A stretch of DNA of 64,000 nt from Gordius albopunctatus (GCA_964276515.1 OZ193909.1:558001-622000); one strand, 5' to 3'; positions 38,003 through 51,430 are shown, counted from the stretch's first letter. Made by a program: numbers and translations. Notes: a model not told the origin generated them from the letters alone.

Positions 38003-41000
38003 TTATTCGGTTTCAGATTCCATTATCTCCAAATCTTCATCTGTGCAATCTGATGATGATATTGCGTGATGATCGGGTGGGGATACCCGATTAATAAGGT
38101 GTAAATTGTGCCTTATGGTCACAATCTTGCGTACTTTGTCATTTGTTTCTGATCTTAGTGTGAACATTCCCGAATGTTGACCAAATTCTTTCTGAGGCCG
38201 CACTAGAAGGCGGCATTGAAAATAATCTGACAGCTAGCGGACTGATCGCTTGATTAGTACACATTCCTTTCCACCAAACTAATGGCGTCGTGTAATCAAC
38301 ACTAGCCCATATGCCCGCCTCGACCTAGACTCCTTCCCTTGCACGAAATTTGGCTAAATTTCCCATCACCTTTCCAAGGTTAAGTGGCATATTATTGCAC
38401 AAGTGTGTAATACATTTAAAGGCTTTGTTTACATCTTTGTCACACATATTTTTTCCGCAAAAACGCGGATCAAGCATGTATGCTGTTAAATGTAGTTCTT
38501 GGCAACAAAGATGTTGACCTTTTCTAGTTAGAGGGGTTATATTATTCCTCCTGTACCGTGAGGAACCTTCGTCCAACGATGCACGTATCAAATGAAATGC
38601 CTCAACTAGAGTTGTTAAATTGCTAACTTTCTTCAAACTCCAGACGCGAGCACGCACACTGAGTTGCTTAATATGCGCGTTAGCACAATATGTGCTCGCT
38701 GTTCGGTGCATTGGGCACAACAGCAGCATATAAAAATGCTCGAGGACCGAGCAGAAACTCGAGCAGATTGTGGCTGGAGTTGTAGAAAATTAGCAATTTA
38801 ACAACTCTAGTCTCAACCACATCGGACAAAAATGCTCTGTCCCCTTCTACCTGCAGAATTTTAATATAAATAATCTTCAGGAGGGGCAAAATTGTTGAAA
38901 GAAAATCCCAAAAAATTTTCGTTATCTAAAAGAATTATTCTTGTTTTTGCCATCAAAGCTTGAACTAATCGCCATCTCTTGGAGAATAGCTTTGTTTGCT
39001 AGTAAACTCTCAAGCATAATGACAACCCCGCCCCATCTAGTGAGGCCTGGAACTTTTAAAGAAATTGCATTTCCCTTTAGCAATTGTTTATCTTTCAAAA
39101 CCGCAGTAAGAATTGCATTGCGCTTTATATATTTTATAATATTTTTTGCTTTGTTGATAAAACGATGAATGACCTGATTTTTTGAACAAATGTCTTTTAT
39201 CAGTAGATTTAAACCATGGGCTGCACACCCAAAACATTCGAGTGTGCTATAATTGGCCTTCAAAAGATCCCATGCTTTTTTCATATTCGCTGCATTATCG
39301 GTTACAACAGCATTCACTTTTTCTTCCCCAATTTGTTGTATTTTATTGCTTATTTCTTCACAGATGTATTCTCCTGTGTGATGGTTAGAACCTGTATTCA
39401 CACACCCTAAAAATATGGGGCTTGGAGTCATTACTATAAAGTTTATTATCTTTTCTCCACGCAAATTTGTCCATTCGTCACTAATTAATGTCATATTTGT
39501 AGATTGATCTAATCTCATAGTAACAAGTTCATTAACTTTTCCATAATGGTAATCCAATAAAGTAGTACTAAACATATGTCTTGATAGAATTTTATAAGAA
39601 GGCCTTAATATCTGAAAAAAATTTTCCAGTAAATATTATCAAACATTTTGAAGGGACAGTTTGACATATATAATGCTTCTTCTTCTTCTTTATCAGTTAT
39701 TTGGTCCCACATTTGTGGGGTTTGTTTTGATGAGTCTCTTCCATCTTGACCGGGTTAGTGCCATGTCTTGACTAATCTCTTTAGTTTCCATAACTTTATC
39801 GACTTACCTTTTCCACGTGACACGGGGTCGTCCCCTTCCTCTCTTCCCCGGTATTTTCATGTCTAGCACTTTTCGATTTACGTCATCCGGGTCCCTTCTT
39901 AGTATATGCCCATACCACCTTAGCCGATTTTCGTTAATCATGTCCGCCATATGTTGAATACCCATTTTTGTCATGAGAAAGTCATTCGTCATATGGTCGA
40001 GCTTATACCCCAAGCTCCACCGTATCATTCTCATCTCCGTGGCTTGTAATAGCTTTCTTTCCGTGGTGTTTAATGCCCATGTTTAACTTCCATAGAGTAA
40101 CACCGGTCTTACGATGGATTTGTAAGCTTTGCTCTTCAACCATATTGACATTTTCTTGTCACACATTACACCGGATATACTTCGCCATTTAAGCCATCCT
40201 TTTTGAATCCGGGCATTGATTTTAGTTGCGCAACCTCCCTCTTGATGTAGCATAGAGCCGAGGTAAGTAAACCTGTCTACTTTTGGGTACTTTAGGTGGT
40301 CATCCAGCGATGGGGTGCTTGTACCGTTCATTTCCATGTATACCGTTTTTCGATCGTTGACCTTTAAACCATATCCAGCTAAGCGCTTTAACCACTTTTC
40401 TGCTTCTTCGAATACCTTCTCCCTTGTTTACTCGCATAGTACTATATCATCGGCATATAGCATACACCATGGCGATGGCTTTTGAAAGTCCCTCGTTATC
40501 GTGTCTATAATTATATTAAATAAAAAGGGACTTAAAGCAGAGCCTTGATGTAATCCAATATTAACCCGAAAAGGTTTAGAGTCTCCAACTGTCGTCCTAA
40601 CGCAAGAGTTTGAGGCTTCATAGATATTTTTCATAAGCCGTATATATGCGTCAGGGATATTTTGTTTCCTCAGGCAACACCATATTAAATCGCGGGGGAC
40701 CGTGTCATAAGCTTTCTCCAAGTCGATAAAAACCATATGTAGGTCTTTCCTCTTTTCCCCATACTTATCCATCATTTGTCTTATGGCGAAGATTGGGTCG
40801 ATTGTGGATTTGCCGGCCACGAATCCGAATTGATTAGCCGATATTTCCACCTCGTTTTTCAGCCTTGTTACTAAGATTCTTTCCATAAGCTTCAAGGAGT
40901 GGCAAGTTAGCTTGATACCTCTGTAATTGCCGCAGTCCTGAGGGTCTCCTTTGCCTTTGAATAAGGGTATAATCGTCCTTGCTCTCCATTGATTAGGGAT

Positions 41001-43120
41001 TCGCTCTTCTACCAATATCTTGTTAAGGAGGTTTGTCATGGTGGTGACTCCTTCTTCACGACATCCGAGCAATGCTTCCATAGGTATTCCATCTGGGCCA
41101 TTTGCTTTTCCTTTTGCATTTTGTTCATTTGTGTCCTAACTTAATCCTTCTGAAAGAGTTCGACCATACTTATATTTGGCTCAATTTCGGGAAGGGAATC
41201 CTTGTAATTTGCAATATTCATAAGTTTCTTAAAATATCCTTTCCACCTTTCCATCACTTCCTTCGGCTTGAATAAGGTTTGACCCTTCTCGCTTTTGACT
41301 ATTTTAAGAACTCCGACATCTCGACTTTTCTTCTCCCTTATCTTGGCCAATTTGTACATAAGCCTATCGCCCCCTTTATGATCCAGTTTGTTTGCCATCT
41401 CGGTGTACGCAGCATTCTTCGCTTTTGCAACAGCCTTTTTTGCGGCCCTCTTTGCGTCCCTGTACTCTTGATAATCCTCCGACTTTTTTGATTTATGCCA
41501 CTGTATATATAGATTTTTCTTTATTTCGATGAAATCTTTAACCGATTGATCCCACCACCATAGTCCCCTATTCATAGCTTTGCCTCCTTTGGTCTGTCCT
41601 AGAACACGAATCGCTGTTTCCTTAATGTCCTTAGATAGCGTCTCCCAATCTTCGTCTACGTCCCTTTGCAACTTCCTTGCACCCAAGAGTGAGGAGGCTT
41701 TTTGATGGTATTCTTCGTTCGTCAACGTATCCTTTAGCCTTTCGTATCGAATTCGAGGTTCATATACCTTTATTCTTTTGGGAAATACTCTTCTGTCAAG
41801 ATCCATAACAAGGGGACGATGTTGCCTGGCGATTTTTTCTCCCGGTATTACTTTCCCATCCTTGATACTCCATAAGACCTTTCGCCGTATAAGCAAATAG
41901 TCGATTTGACTAAAATGCTTCCCACTTCTATATGTCACAATATGATCTTCGCGCTTTTGAAAATGGGTGTTAACGATCGCCATGTCATATGCTTGGGATA
42001 CTTGGAGAAGTTTTTCCCCTTCTTTGTTCTTCAGACCATGCCCATAGCCTCCATGATTGCGTTCATACTCGAGGCGATCTTTCCCTACGTGAGCGTTGAA
42101 ATCGGCCCCAATCATCAGCCTTTCTTCCTGTCGGATTCCTTGTATTTCCTTTTCCAATGATTCGAAGAATATGTCTTTCTCTGATTCCAAACACCCAATT
42201 TGGGGAGCATACGCGCACATAACGGTTAGGAGGCCCCCTTGATCTGCAATCTTCACCCACATTAGCCTGTCGGAACAACGTTTGAATTCCACCACCTTGT
42301 CCTTGAACGATTCGCTTAGAACGATACCGACCCCGTTTCTACGATTTGGTGACCCACTGTAGAAAAGCTTGTATCCTTCTCCTAATTCCCGAGCTTTCGT
42401 TCCGTTCCACCTCGTCTCTTGTAGGCAGGCGATGTGTACCTTTCTTCTTTTTAACATCTGTGCGACCTCGATGCTCTTCCCCGTCAACGTTCCCACATTC
42501 CAGCACGTAATTCGCATTCTTTCCACAACTAGTTTCCTTAACCGCCTTCGTTGTGAGTTAGGCAGTAACCCTAGTGTATTTTTCACATTGCATGGGCAGG
42601 GTATGCAGTGCGCGTCGTTTGTGGAGGACGCCCTAGCCTTTTCTTGTAAAATCTCGTTTGAAACTATCATAAATTTTGGAGTTGATTTTTATAGCCGGTT
42701 TCCGACCTGACGCCAACCCTACACTTTTTGCGCACGGACTTGGGACCGTCGTAGGTAGTGTTATAATGCTAATGATAATAATTGATCCAATTTTTTTTGA
42801 TCATTTTGGGGCATCTTATCAAAAAATTTACTAATGTTAGTTTTAGTTGTGGAAGGTATTGTTGTTTCATCTTTAATCAAGCTTGGATTGTCCGTGGTTA
42901 CCCTTACAACACTTGGAGTGGATGATGTGGTTTCTGAGCAAATAAATGGCTGTTCTAATTTATTGAATTTAGGGCACTTGGTTATATGCAAAGTCATTTT
43001 GGTAGAGTTAGGAAAATTGTATTTTCAATTGCAGTATTTACATAACACAATGCATCATTTTTTATTTTGTGCAGTTATCTTGATAAAATGGTTCCAGATA
43101 TCTGAGTGTTTTTTGGGCAT
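38003..43120 (-). pseudogene. hAT transposase pseudogene interrupted by an RTE LINE
   Basis: MPKKHSDIWNHF...CKYC...HITKC (BED), SDEWTN...VVTDNAANM...CAAHGLNL...TRW, YMLDPRF, WW...PPSSAAS (hATC-like); stops and frameshifts. Removing 39678-42761 plus one TSD rejoins LSLAL-YMSNCPF. Confidence 0.88.
39678..42761 (-). mobile_element. Full-length RTE-clade non-LTR retrotransposon (APE + RT), inactivated
   Basis: APE (WNVGTL, LQETRW, GADFNAHVG, SQIDY), RT (NYRGIKL, FIDLEKAYD, GLHQGSALSP, YADD), RLRWYGH...RGRP; 3' (GAA)n tail at 39678-39690; 9-bp TSD tataatgct at 39669-39677 and 42762-42770; in-frame stops and frameshift. Confidence 0.95.
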
Positions 43121-43914
43121 AATCCTATTTCCTATAAAATATTTATTATGTATTGTAGTTTACCTTGCAAGATGTTTGCTATTACTGTAATGTAGAATTT
43201 AGGTACTAATAACTAATAAATAATTTGGAAATTTACCTTTTGAGATAATTCTTTTTTAAGTATAGTCTTTTGTAGATTATAAGTATATAATTTCTAGTAA
43301 TTTATTAATAAATTTTGCAAGTTTACCTCTTGATATGATTGTTAGTTATTAATATATGTAAATCCTTAAAAATTTTTGTTTTTAAGTAAAAACCTTTGAT
43401 AAATTAGTAGGTATGTTGTAGTTTACCTTGAAAGATGTTTGTTTTTAATTATAGACTTTTAATGAGATGGAAATAAATGTAAATTTATCTTTGTACTATA
43501 AACTTCAGGTACTAGTATTTTATAGATTATAAGTATATAATTTATAATTTTAACTAGTAATTTATTAATAAAATTTGCAAATTCACCTCTTGAAATGTTT
43601 GTTTTAGCTTTACACAGTTACTAGATTGATAATAAGGAAAACAGATGATATATGCGCCGATATTAATTAAAAAATAAATAGCCTCGAGGCAAATAGAATA
43701 ACATTTAAAAAATATAATAAATGATATATCACTTACAATTAGTTATCAGGAAAATTATGGGAAAATTACAAATTTCCCATGGGAAATTCCCAATTTTCCC
43801 GGGAACTTTCCTTATACCTACATCTCTAGTCCTGTACAATGTGATTTTTCCATAATTGCCGTGGAAAATTAAATGTTTTTAAAATGGCTGTGGACTTATG
43901 CTTCTGTAAAGGAA

Positions 43915-44520
43915 TTTTATTTTTATTTCGCAAATAAACTAGCTAATGACCGCTGATTGGGTTTCCTTTTTTCAACTTTGCCCGAGCCCAAATTCCATTT
44001 TTATTTTTGTGCCAGATTGATTATTACCTATATTAATGCTTTTCTTTGAGCAACTTGTCTTCGAACTCGCCCGAATTCCAATTGTTTTTGTGCCCGACTG
44101 ATTTATTATTACTTATGGAAGTTTCTGATAAAGCTGAGTATTTTAAGGATTTACGATGCTCTGCCGATCCGAGGGGGTCGTGAGTATCGTTGGAGGGGGC
44201 AAACAGGTCAATGCAGGTGTAGTCCCATTTTAAGAAAAGACCTTTGTCCCATGGGATAAGTGACTAACCGTCAGGGCGCATCCGCCCTTCGAGAGAGGGA
44301 TCTGACGGTTCAAGGATAGAAGGGACTTTTGCCCGTTTGAGGGCAGCTTGAAGCAGTGTATTTACTTTTTGGTGCCTACTATACCGGCTTTCGTTAAATT
44401 TACAATGTAGAGGGTGGCGCGCTTCCTCATCTACAAGTGAATTACAAAGCCGGCAGGGGTATGGAGACGTATATTTACAGCCCAAGCGGAGGGCTATTTA
44501 TAGTCAGCCATGACAAATAT
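43915..44520 (-). mobile_element. 5'-truncated CRE-like non-LTR retrotransposon fragment (CCHC + restriction-like endonuclease)
   Basis: CRLC...HPLHC...RHQKVN...EP...RPDG...PW..G..LKWDYTCID; degenerate downstream; boundaries approximate. Confidence 0.75.
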
Positions 44521-45679
44521 TAGCGCAAAGACCATCATTTAACCAGTTCCTTATGGTCATTAACTGGACTTGTAAATTGTGATCTGCCCAGAATTAGACT
44601 AGAGTGTGGGGAGCAAATTGTCAAGGATTTAGGGGGAGGGGTTATATATAGGCGTAGCCAGGAGGTGACAGGAAGGGCCGGCTGCCCTCCTCTTAATCCA
44701 AATTTTTTTAATAATTTCATAAAATTATGGCTAAAATTACTCAAAATTATTATTTTTCCCCTCCCTAAATCCAATCATGGCAGCACCCATAAACTGATAT
44801 ATGAATAATAGTTAACAATTATAAACAATATTTATTCAATTTAGTTGGATTCAATTTGACTCGTATCATAAATTATAAAAACTAATCAAATAACACGGTT
44901 CAACAAGAAAAATTAACTGGCAAACTGTTTGCAGATTCTAGTACACAAACATATTTATATTATTTTCCTTATACGCCGAGTTTTTTTGATATTCGCTCTC
45001 AAAGTTGCCAAAGATTATTGTGATATCCCACGACGTAGCGTTATGTTTTTAATTCAATTCAACGTAAAAGGTTGAAACATTATTAATTGTTTTCCAACCT
45101 CTGTACTAGTGATGATCAAAACCTAGATTTTTACAACCCAACCGCGTTAATTTTGGAAAAAGACCTTTAAGGTCTTTTAGATTCCCCAACCCAAACCTTG
45201 GGTGGAACCCCCAAAACAACCTTAAAAACCTTAAGGTCTTTTATACAACCTAGCCTTAACCGGGGGTTGGGGTTAGAGGTTGACCTGGGGATAATGTTTT
45301 GTAATATAGGGGTGATATAAGAATATATTATTTTCTATATATTTAATATATTTATATTTTAGGAAAAAATTAATTTTTTTTAAATATATTAATTTAAATT
45401 AAAAAGAAAATGTTTTTATATTATTATATATTTTATTTAATAGTAATATGAGTCCCTGGATTATTTATATAAAAACTAGCTGTGCCCGGCAGCCAAGCGT
45501 TGCTTTGGCTCAGTCCTTAAGTGGTTAAATAATTATAACCTATTAATAAGACTTATCTAAAATGGGGTCATATATGAAATAATAATTCAAATAAATAAAA
45601 TATCCATAATATTTATTTAGAGCAGGAATTTTATCACGTCATGGATTTTATGAACCCACTATTTTTAGTATATATATAA

Positions 45680-47179
45680 ATAATATAAGAGAACAAATTA
45701 TTGTGCTCAGTACTTAAATTCAATTTTTGCTCAGTAGAATAAACAAATGCTCAGTAAAATAATTAAATGCTCAGTAAATAATTTAATGTTCAGTTTTTTA
45801 TTCAAATCTTGCTCAGTAACTTTTTTATTTATGCTAAGTTACTAAAAACTAGTTTTAAAATAAAATTCTAGAGCTAGATTCGAACACGGACTATCTGACT
45901 AAGAGTCTTGGGTGTTACCCCTGGAGTCAAAGTGCTCGGTATTAAAATGGTTTATTTTTGTTTATATTTTAATTAAAATAAATTTAATTTCATAAACTAC
46001 TTCCTATTTGGCGCTCATGTTAATACTTGGTCTTCTGAATATAAGTATTCAAAAAAATTTGTCACAACACCTACAATAAATTTAAAGCTATGGACAGAAG
46101 GCTATGAATTTGCAAGAAATAATATTCATAGCCTGTCAAAAAGACTTATAAATATTACTGAGTTTTTTATACCAGCAGGAAGTAGTATGATTAGTGAAAA
46201 CGACATTAGCAATGTCAAAGAATTAGGTTTTACAACCTTTGATGAGTTTAAAGAAAAAAATTTTAAGCTTTGGCTATGTGAATTGCCTAATGATTGCGAA
46301 AAATAGTTTCAAGGCAAGTACAATTGTCCATCGTTTAATAAAAAATATATGTGCAAACATATCGTTGGGTTGGCAATTAAACTTAAATATTGCCAACCAC
46401 CTAAAGAAGCCAAAAGTGTGTCCCTCAAGGGCAAAAAAGAAAAGCGAGGCAGACCCTCAAAGGCTAAATCAGCCTTTATTGTTCAGTAATGGTAAGTTTA
46501 GATTATTTAACATTGATTATATAACAAATTTTAGGTTTTTGAAATGAGAGTTGTCTCCAGCAAAATTTGTCTATTATTCATTTTAAATTGTTAACTATTA
46601 TTGTTAATCTGTACTGTATTTGTAAATATTTGTGATGATATTCAAATAAAAATTTTATTTTGCAAAAAAATACATTATAAACATGTAAAATTTAAGAAGG
46701 GAAAGGCAGAAGAATGGGAATTATAGGTCATTACTTTTAATAGCTTTTTTAACTTGCCATTTATTTATTTGAAGGGAGAGAAGGGAGGACTTAAAGGGAA
46801 AAAATTCAAGACACTAAGATACCTTATAACCTTTAAAAATTTAACAATCAGGTCTCCAATCTATTTAATTTAGCCAAAATGAACTATTTCAACTTCCACA
46901 CACTCAATTTAACTTTATTTTTACAAAATATTAGTGCTAAATAGATTAAGATTGAGTATTATTTATTAAAATTACTGAGCATTTTTTTGAAAATACTGAG
47001 CATTTTGGATTTACTGAGCAATATTAAGATTATTTACTGAGCATTTTGGATTTATAACTGAGCAATATTAAGATTATTTACTGAGCATTTTTGAATTTGT
47101 TACTGAGCACATTAATAAAATACTGAGCATATTTTATTGAGCATTTTTGATTTTTTTACTGAGCATTTAAATAACATCC
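45680..47179 (+). mobile_element. Non-autonomous Mutator-like (MULE) element with repeat-built long TIRs
   Basis: Arrays of tgctcagta (left) and tactgagca (right) in inverted orientation; ~9-bp TA-rich duplication (tatatataa); internal SWIM-finger/AT-hook remnant NCPSFNKKYMCKHIVGLA...KRGRPSKAK at ~46310-46490. Confidence 0.7.
45869..45937 (-). mobile_element. tRNA-derived SINE-like head inside the MULE
   Basis: Minus strand reads GAGCACTTTGACTCCAGGGGTAACAC...GTGTTCGAATCTAGCTC: A-box-like and B-box (GTTCGAATC) at tRNA spacing, no intact cloverleaf. Confidence 0.4.
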
Positions 47180-48129
47180 TATATATAATAAGACAAACCA
47201 AATGCGAATTCTGTTTTAGTCATCAAAAACGACTAAAATTAAATGTTTTTGAAAAAATTACGGATTAATGCTGTTACTTATTATACAATAATACCATTAT
47301 TTTATTTTTCTAGTTAGCTGATTTATTTGAAATACAATTTTCTTTAATATAATATAGATAATTAATCGAATGATGGATAATTATTAAAAATATGCTTCCA
47401 TGATCGACCACGTGATAATAATTTAAATATTATTTATTTAATTTAAATAAAACCCCAATAATTTTCACTGTATACTGTAAAATTTTTATTATACTTTTAA
47501 ATATCTAATGCGAGAAAACTTCAGCCTTGTATATATGACGTCATTATTGTATATGATGCTATAAATGAAACTGGCCGGGAAATGTCCGATATTTTTAAAA
47601 CTAAAAGGTATTTTAGGAATCTGAAAAAGCTATTTTACCCCTGGCATCCCTGGGCATCTACGACTAAATTTTAAAGGATACCATTTGAATTGCTGACGTC
47701 ATAAGGCCTTTGGTGATTGACATATAGGGTGACTGACAATACATATAAATCAATATTATTGGACCGATTTATTATTTGGGAGGTTAAAAAATAGATAACA
47801 ACCGATTCTTATACCTACCGAATATGCATGCAAAGTTTCATGAGAATCGTTTAAGCCGTTTAAGAGGAGTTCAGACACAAACACTATGACACGTGATTTT
47901 TATATATTAGATAATGGAATTTTAATATAAGCGCCCTCTAGATATGAAAATATTTATATTATTGCATAGCGTAACATTGCATTGTGCAAGAGGTTGTGTG
48001 AGACTGAATTGGGTGTGTGTGTTATAGGCGTATTAGCAAACCTAAAATACCCCAAAGACTAGAAAGCCTGTATCTAGGCTCCCTTTTATACGTCCCAATA
48101 TGGTTTTAAATTTGTTCCCTTAACGCACT

Positions 48130-48830
48130 TGTGCCCGGTTGTCGTTGCTCCATTGATCCACTTCTTGTTTTATTCTTTGTGGTCACCCATTCTATTGTCC
48201 CGATGTGGCCAAATTAAGGATTTTCCGTTCTCTTACTTGGTCCAAGTGTGGATGGTGCTTTCTTCCCTGAGCCCCCATATCGTGGGAGACAACCGTGCTT
48301 GGCTGTTATAGTGCCTTCTATTAATTTGCTTGGTGCCTGAAACATGCGCACCCAAACCTTGTCTCTTTTGTCGAACATACGCGATTTCCTGGTCTCTAAC
48401 CATTGATGTGGCAAATACCTCCCATTCGGTTTGCATTTGCCTTTTTAACATCACCTCGGGTCTCTTGTAGCTCTGTAATTTACCAAAAATATACTTAGAT
48501 CTTCCTCCAACTCACTTCTTATAGTGGCTTCTTTGATTCATAAGTAAGTTTCTGCCAGCCCCTTGGAAGCAGGATGGTAAGGGGCTGTCCATCTAATCCC
48601 TCTCATCTTGCAAAAACGTTGCTCCTGATCTTTGAATTGCGGCTCGCTATCTGATATTTGAAAAGGTGTGTTCCCGAATCTCGCAAATGTTTTGGCAAGT
48701 TTCGTTATGGTCATCGATGTGATTTATTCTAACTTAAACTCTTCTACCCATTTTGAGCTATTGTCTACAATATCCCAAGTTTAATTTACCACGGAGAGGG
48801 CCCATAATATTCTTGTGTACTTCAACCCAA
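48130..48830 (-). mobile_element. Degenerate Ty3/gypsy LTR retrotransposon integrase remnant
   Basis: VDNSSKWVE...FARFG...ISDSEPQF...TAPYHPASKGLAE and DKVWVR...GTI...HLDQV motifs with stops and frameshifts. Confidence 0.75.
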
Positions 48831-50356
48831 GGTCTGTAGCTAGGTTGACACTCTATCAACGGTACCTACTTCGCCACCGCGGCGGTGTAATTGGAACTCT
48901 ATCACCCTTTTGCTACGCTCAACAAGTCATCGTAGAAAGGCGGCCATCATATATACTGATATGCCACTTCTTACATTCGCTCTATACCCACGTGACCTCT
49001 ATGTACCAATGATATAGGTTAAAACTGATCAAATATATTTTATTATCACTCGAGGCATTACCACTAGTTTTCTACAGTTCGGTAATTTACTTATCACCAG
49101 AAGCACTACCACTAACTTTTTACACTTACCTTATTTGTACACATTTTAAAATGGCGGAAAAAGGGTACACTATTTTAAATTTGATGAGCAGTCTATATAG
49201 TCTATGTTTATATTAAACTAGACGGCATTGTTATAAATATAATTTATCGCATTTTCAGAATTATCATTGGTCCATTAATAAACATTAGAATGTTGTCTTT
49301 CTAAAATATTAAAATTCGCCATTCCTTAGTCATTGTAAAAAATTTAATGGATTTTCCTTAGACATTACAATTATAACAATCGCCTAAATAATATGGTATA
49401 TTAAAATGTAAATAATTCAATAACTCAAATGAGCGTAAGAAAATATAATTTTGTAAAAGTCTCCTGTTTCATATCAAAAGTTTTAATACAAGGTAGAATT
49501 GGGCTTGTTTATAAATAAAAAAGTAATAACATATAGCGTCGAAATAATCCACGACCATTTTTCAATATTTTTAATCAATTGTTTATTATGATATTTAAAA
49601 TTACATCGCGAAAGATTCTTGAAATTCAGACTCATAAAGGGAATAAAAAAATATGATTATAAAGTTAATAATAAATAACTAAGCCCTTCAACGAAAATGT
49701 GTAATAAATGATAAAAAGTTTTTTTTATAGTATTAATCATTTATTATTTTTATAAAAAGAATTACATATTTTGTGAAGGTTAGATAAATAAATTAAAAAA
49801 CTAAGAATCGTAAATATTGGGAAAACATTCGGTTATGGCTAATGAATTATATTTACAGATAGTTATGCCGCTTTTCTGTCGTATAAAAAACGATTCGCGA
49901 TTATCATAGGATGGTAATGATATTTGTTTCCCTATTTTTTCAAAAATTTGTAAGGCTAGGGGGCCTCAGGTTGTTAGGGTAGTTGTCGCAATGGGACAAA
50001 ATATTATAGTAGTATTGTTAATTTCTGAGTATTTTGAAATTTTATGTAGATACATGTCTATAGCTAATTTGATCAGTTATAAAACTAATTACTAAATTTT
50101 AGGCAAACCAAACATTCCAATTGAACTTAGTAATATACGAGCATAGTGTATAAGCAACTCCACATCGCAAACAATGTCAAATTAATCATACAAAATTATG
50201 ATAAATGTGGGACGGGGGATCTGCATTATCAGATAATAATACATTACACACCTTAAGACTTTTAAACAACTTTGTATTTACTTGTGACAAATTAATGAAA
50301 ACAAAGTTTAAATTTAAAAATATAAATAAATAAATCCCCAAAAGTTGAAGAGTGTT

Positions 50357-50494
50357 GATGGGCGTAGCCAAGGCGAGGGGCAGCAAAAATAGGTTGTTTA
50401 TTAAAATTATGGCTAAAATTTCAAAAAATATTCATTTTGTCCCTCCCTCATTTTTGCCCCCCCCCCTCTAATTCCAACGCTGGATACGCCCATT
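50357..50494. mobile_element. hAT-type MITE, catgggcgtagcc family
   Basis: TIRs atgggcgtagcca / tggatacgcccat; flanks agagtgtt / aaggtgtt. Confidence 0.7.
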
Positions 50495-50901
50495 AAGGTG
50501 TTTAATAATAATATCATGATTAACAAAATGAAATAAATTAATCTATGATCAGCTGAGATGATTGTCTTTGTTTAGTGTTATAAACGCTTATAATTTCATT
50601 CTTAAGCGTGAATTAATCCACCGAAACCGATCATCACAAAATTTTACTTTACTCAGGATATCGTAATTATGGAATTTATAATAAAAATTGGGACGTTATT
50701 GTAAGAAACATAATAATGAGAATTTATTTTCTGAATATCTTCTAAGGTTCTTTTTCTTCTGGGTACAGTTGTATTCCATGACTCACTTCTCTGCCTATGT
50801 CATTTACTCGATTCTCTTTGTCCATGGGCTGTCATTTTCTCCTTCTTCTTATCACATTTTCACATCTGGCTAGTTTTAATCGTCCCCCTCTCCTGGAACT
50901 C

Positions 50902-51430
50902 ATTTTTTTTTTTGTTAAAAAGTTTATTTTCAAGAAACAAAGTTACATTAATAAGCGAAATACAAAAATAAAGACATATTGGTTAAATACAAAGATTTAT
51001 ATCATTCTCTTCTAAAATGGGCCATGAGTCGGCAAAGGATTTAAAGTTGTATCGTGCAACAAGAATCCCTAGTTGTTGCCTGAGTAAAAAGGACGCAGAA
51101 ATTTTAGATTTCGGGGTGCGTTTTCCGATTTCTTTAAAAAACCCCATTGCCTGTTTGCCAAAGGAACCGGAGCACGTGGCAACGACAGGGATAAAAATAT
51201 TGGATGCCAAAAGGGCAGAATACTTTGTAGTTTTACAACCTTCTTCTGTAGCGATAGGGTCGTAATTAAAATGGGAAGGGGCAAAAAGGTCAATACAAGT
51301 AAAATCCCATTTGAGGGATAGGCCATTTTGCCAGGGGACTAGAGAAGAGCCGTCAGGGCGCATCCTACCTTCAAGGGAGGGATCGGACGGCTCAAGGATT
51401 GAGGGGATTTTGGCCTTTTTAAGGGCAGCT
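50902..51430 (-). mobile_element. 5'-truncated CRE-like non-LTR retrotransposon fragment with poly(A) tail
   Basis: EPSDPSLEGRMRPDG..VPWQNG..LKWDFTCID...K..KY...FIPVV...GSFGKQA; AATAAA then A-run on the minus strand at ~50930-50903. Confidence 0.8.

Larger units (their letters stand above)
35586..43828 (-). mobile_element. hAT DNA transposon (BED finger + DUF659-type transposase), defective, containing nested insertions
   Basis: Ends tagagatgt / acatctcta with subterminal gggaaa(a)tt repeats; flanks atcctg / gtcctg; internal transposase remnants on the minus strand. Confidence 0.8.
45476..47911 (-). mobile_element. Non-autonomous Helitron (chimeric 5' end) interrupted by a MULE derivative
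   Basis: CTAG end at 45476; 45476-45679 and 47180-47660 are near-identical to the reverse complement of the 31605-32232 element; distinct TC 5' end at 47911. Confidence 0.75.

Noticed and set aside
41279..43190. Several + strand ORFs of 70-118 aa
   Set aside because: Antisense shadows of the RTE and hAT coding sequences.
46960..47170. Regularly spaced tactgagca repeats resembling a CRISPR array
   Set aside because: Repeat is only 9 bp, spacers are short and mutually similar, the array is mirrored in inverted form at 45705-45840, no cas genes, eukaryotic context: these are transposon subterminal repeats.
49151..49310. aaaATGGCG start resembling a gene 5' end
   Set aside because: Every splice path I tried reaches a stop within about 20 codons.
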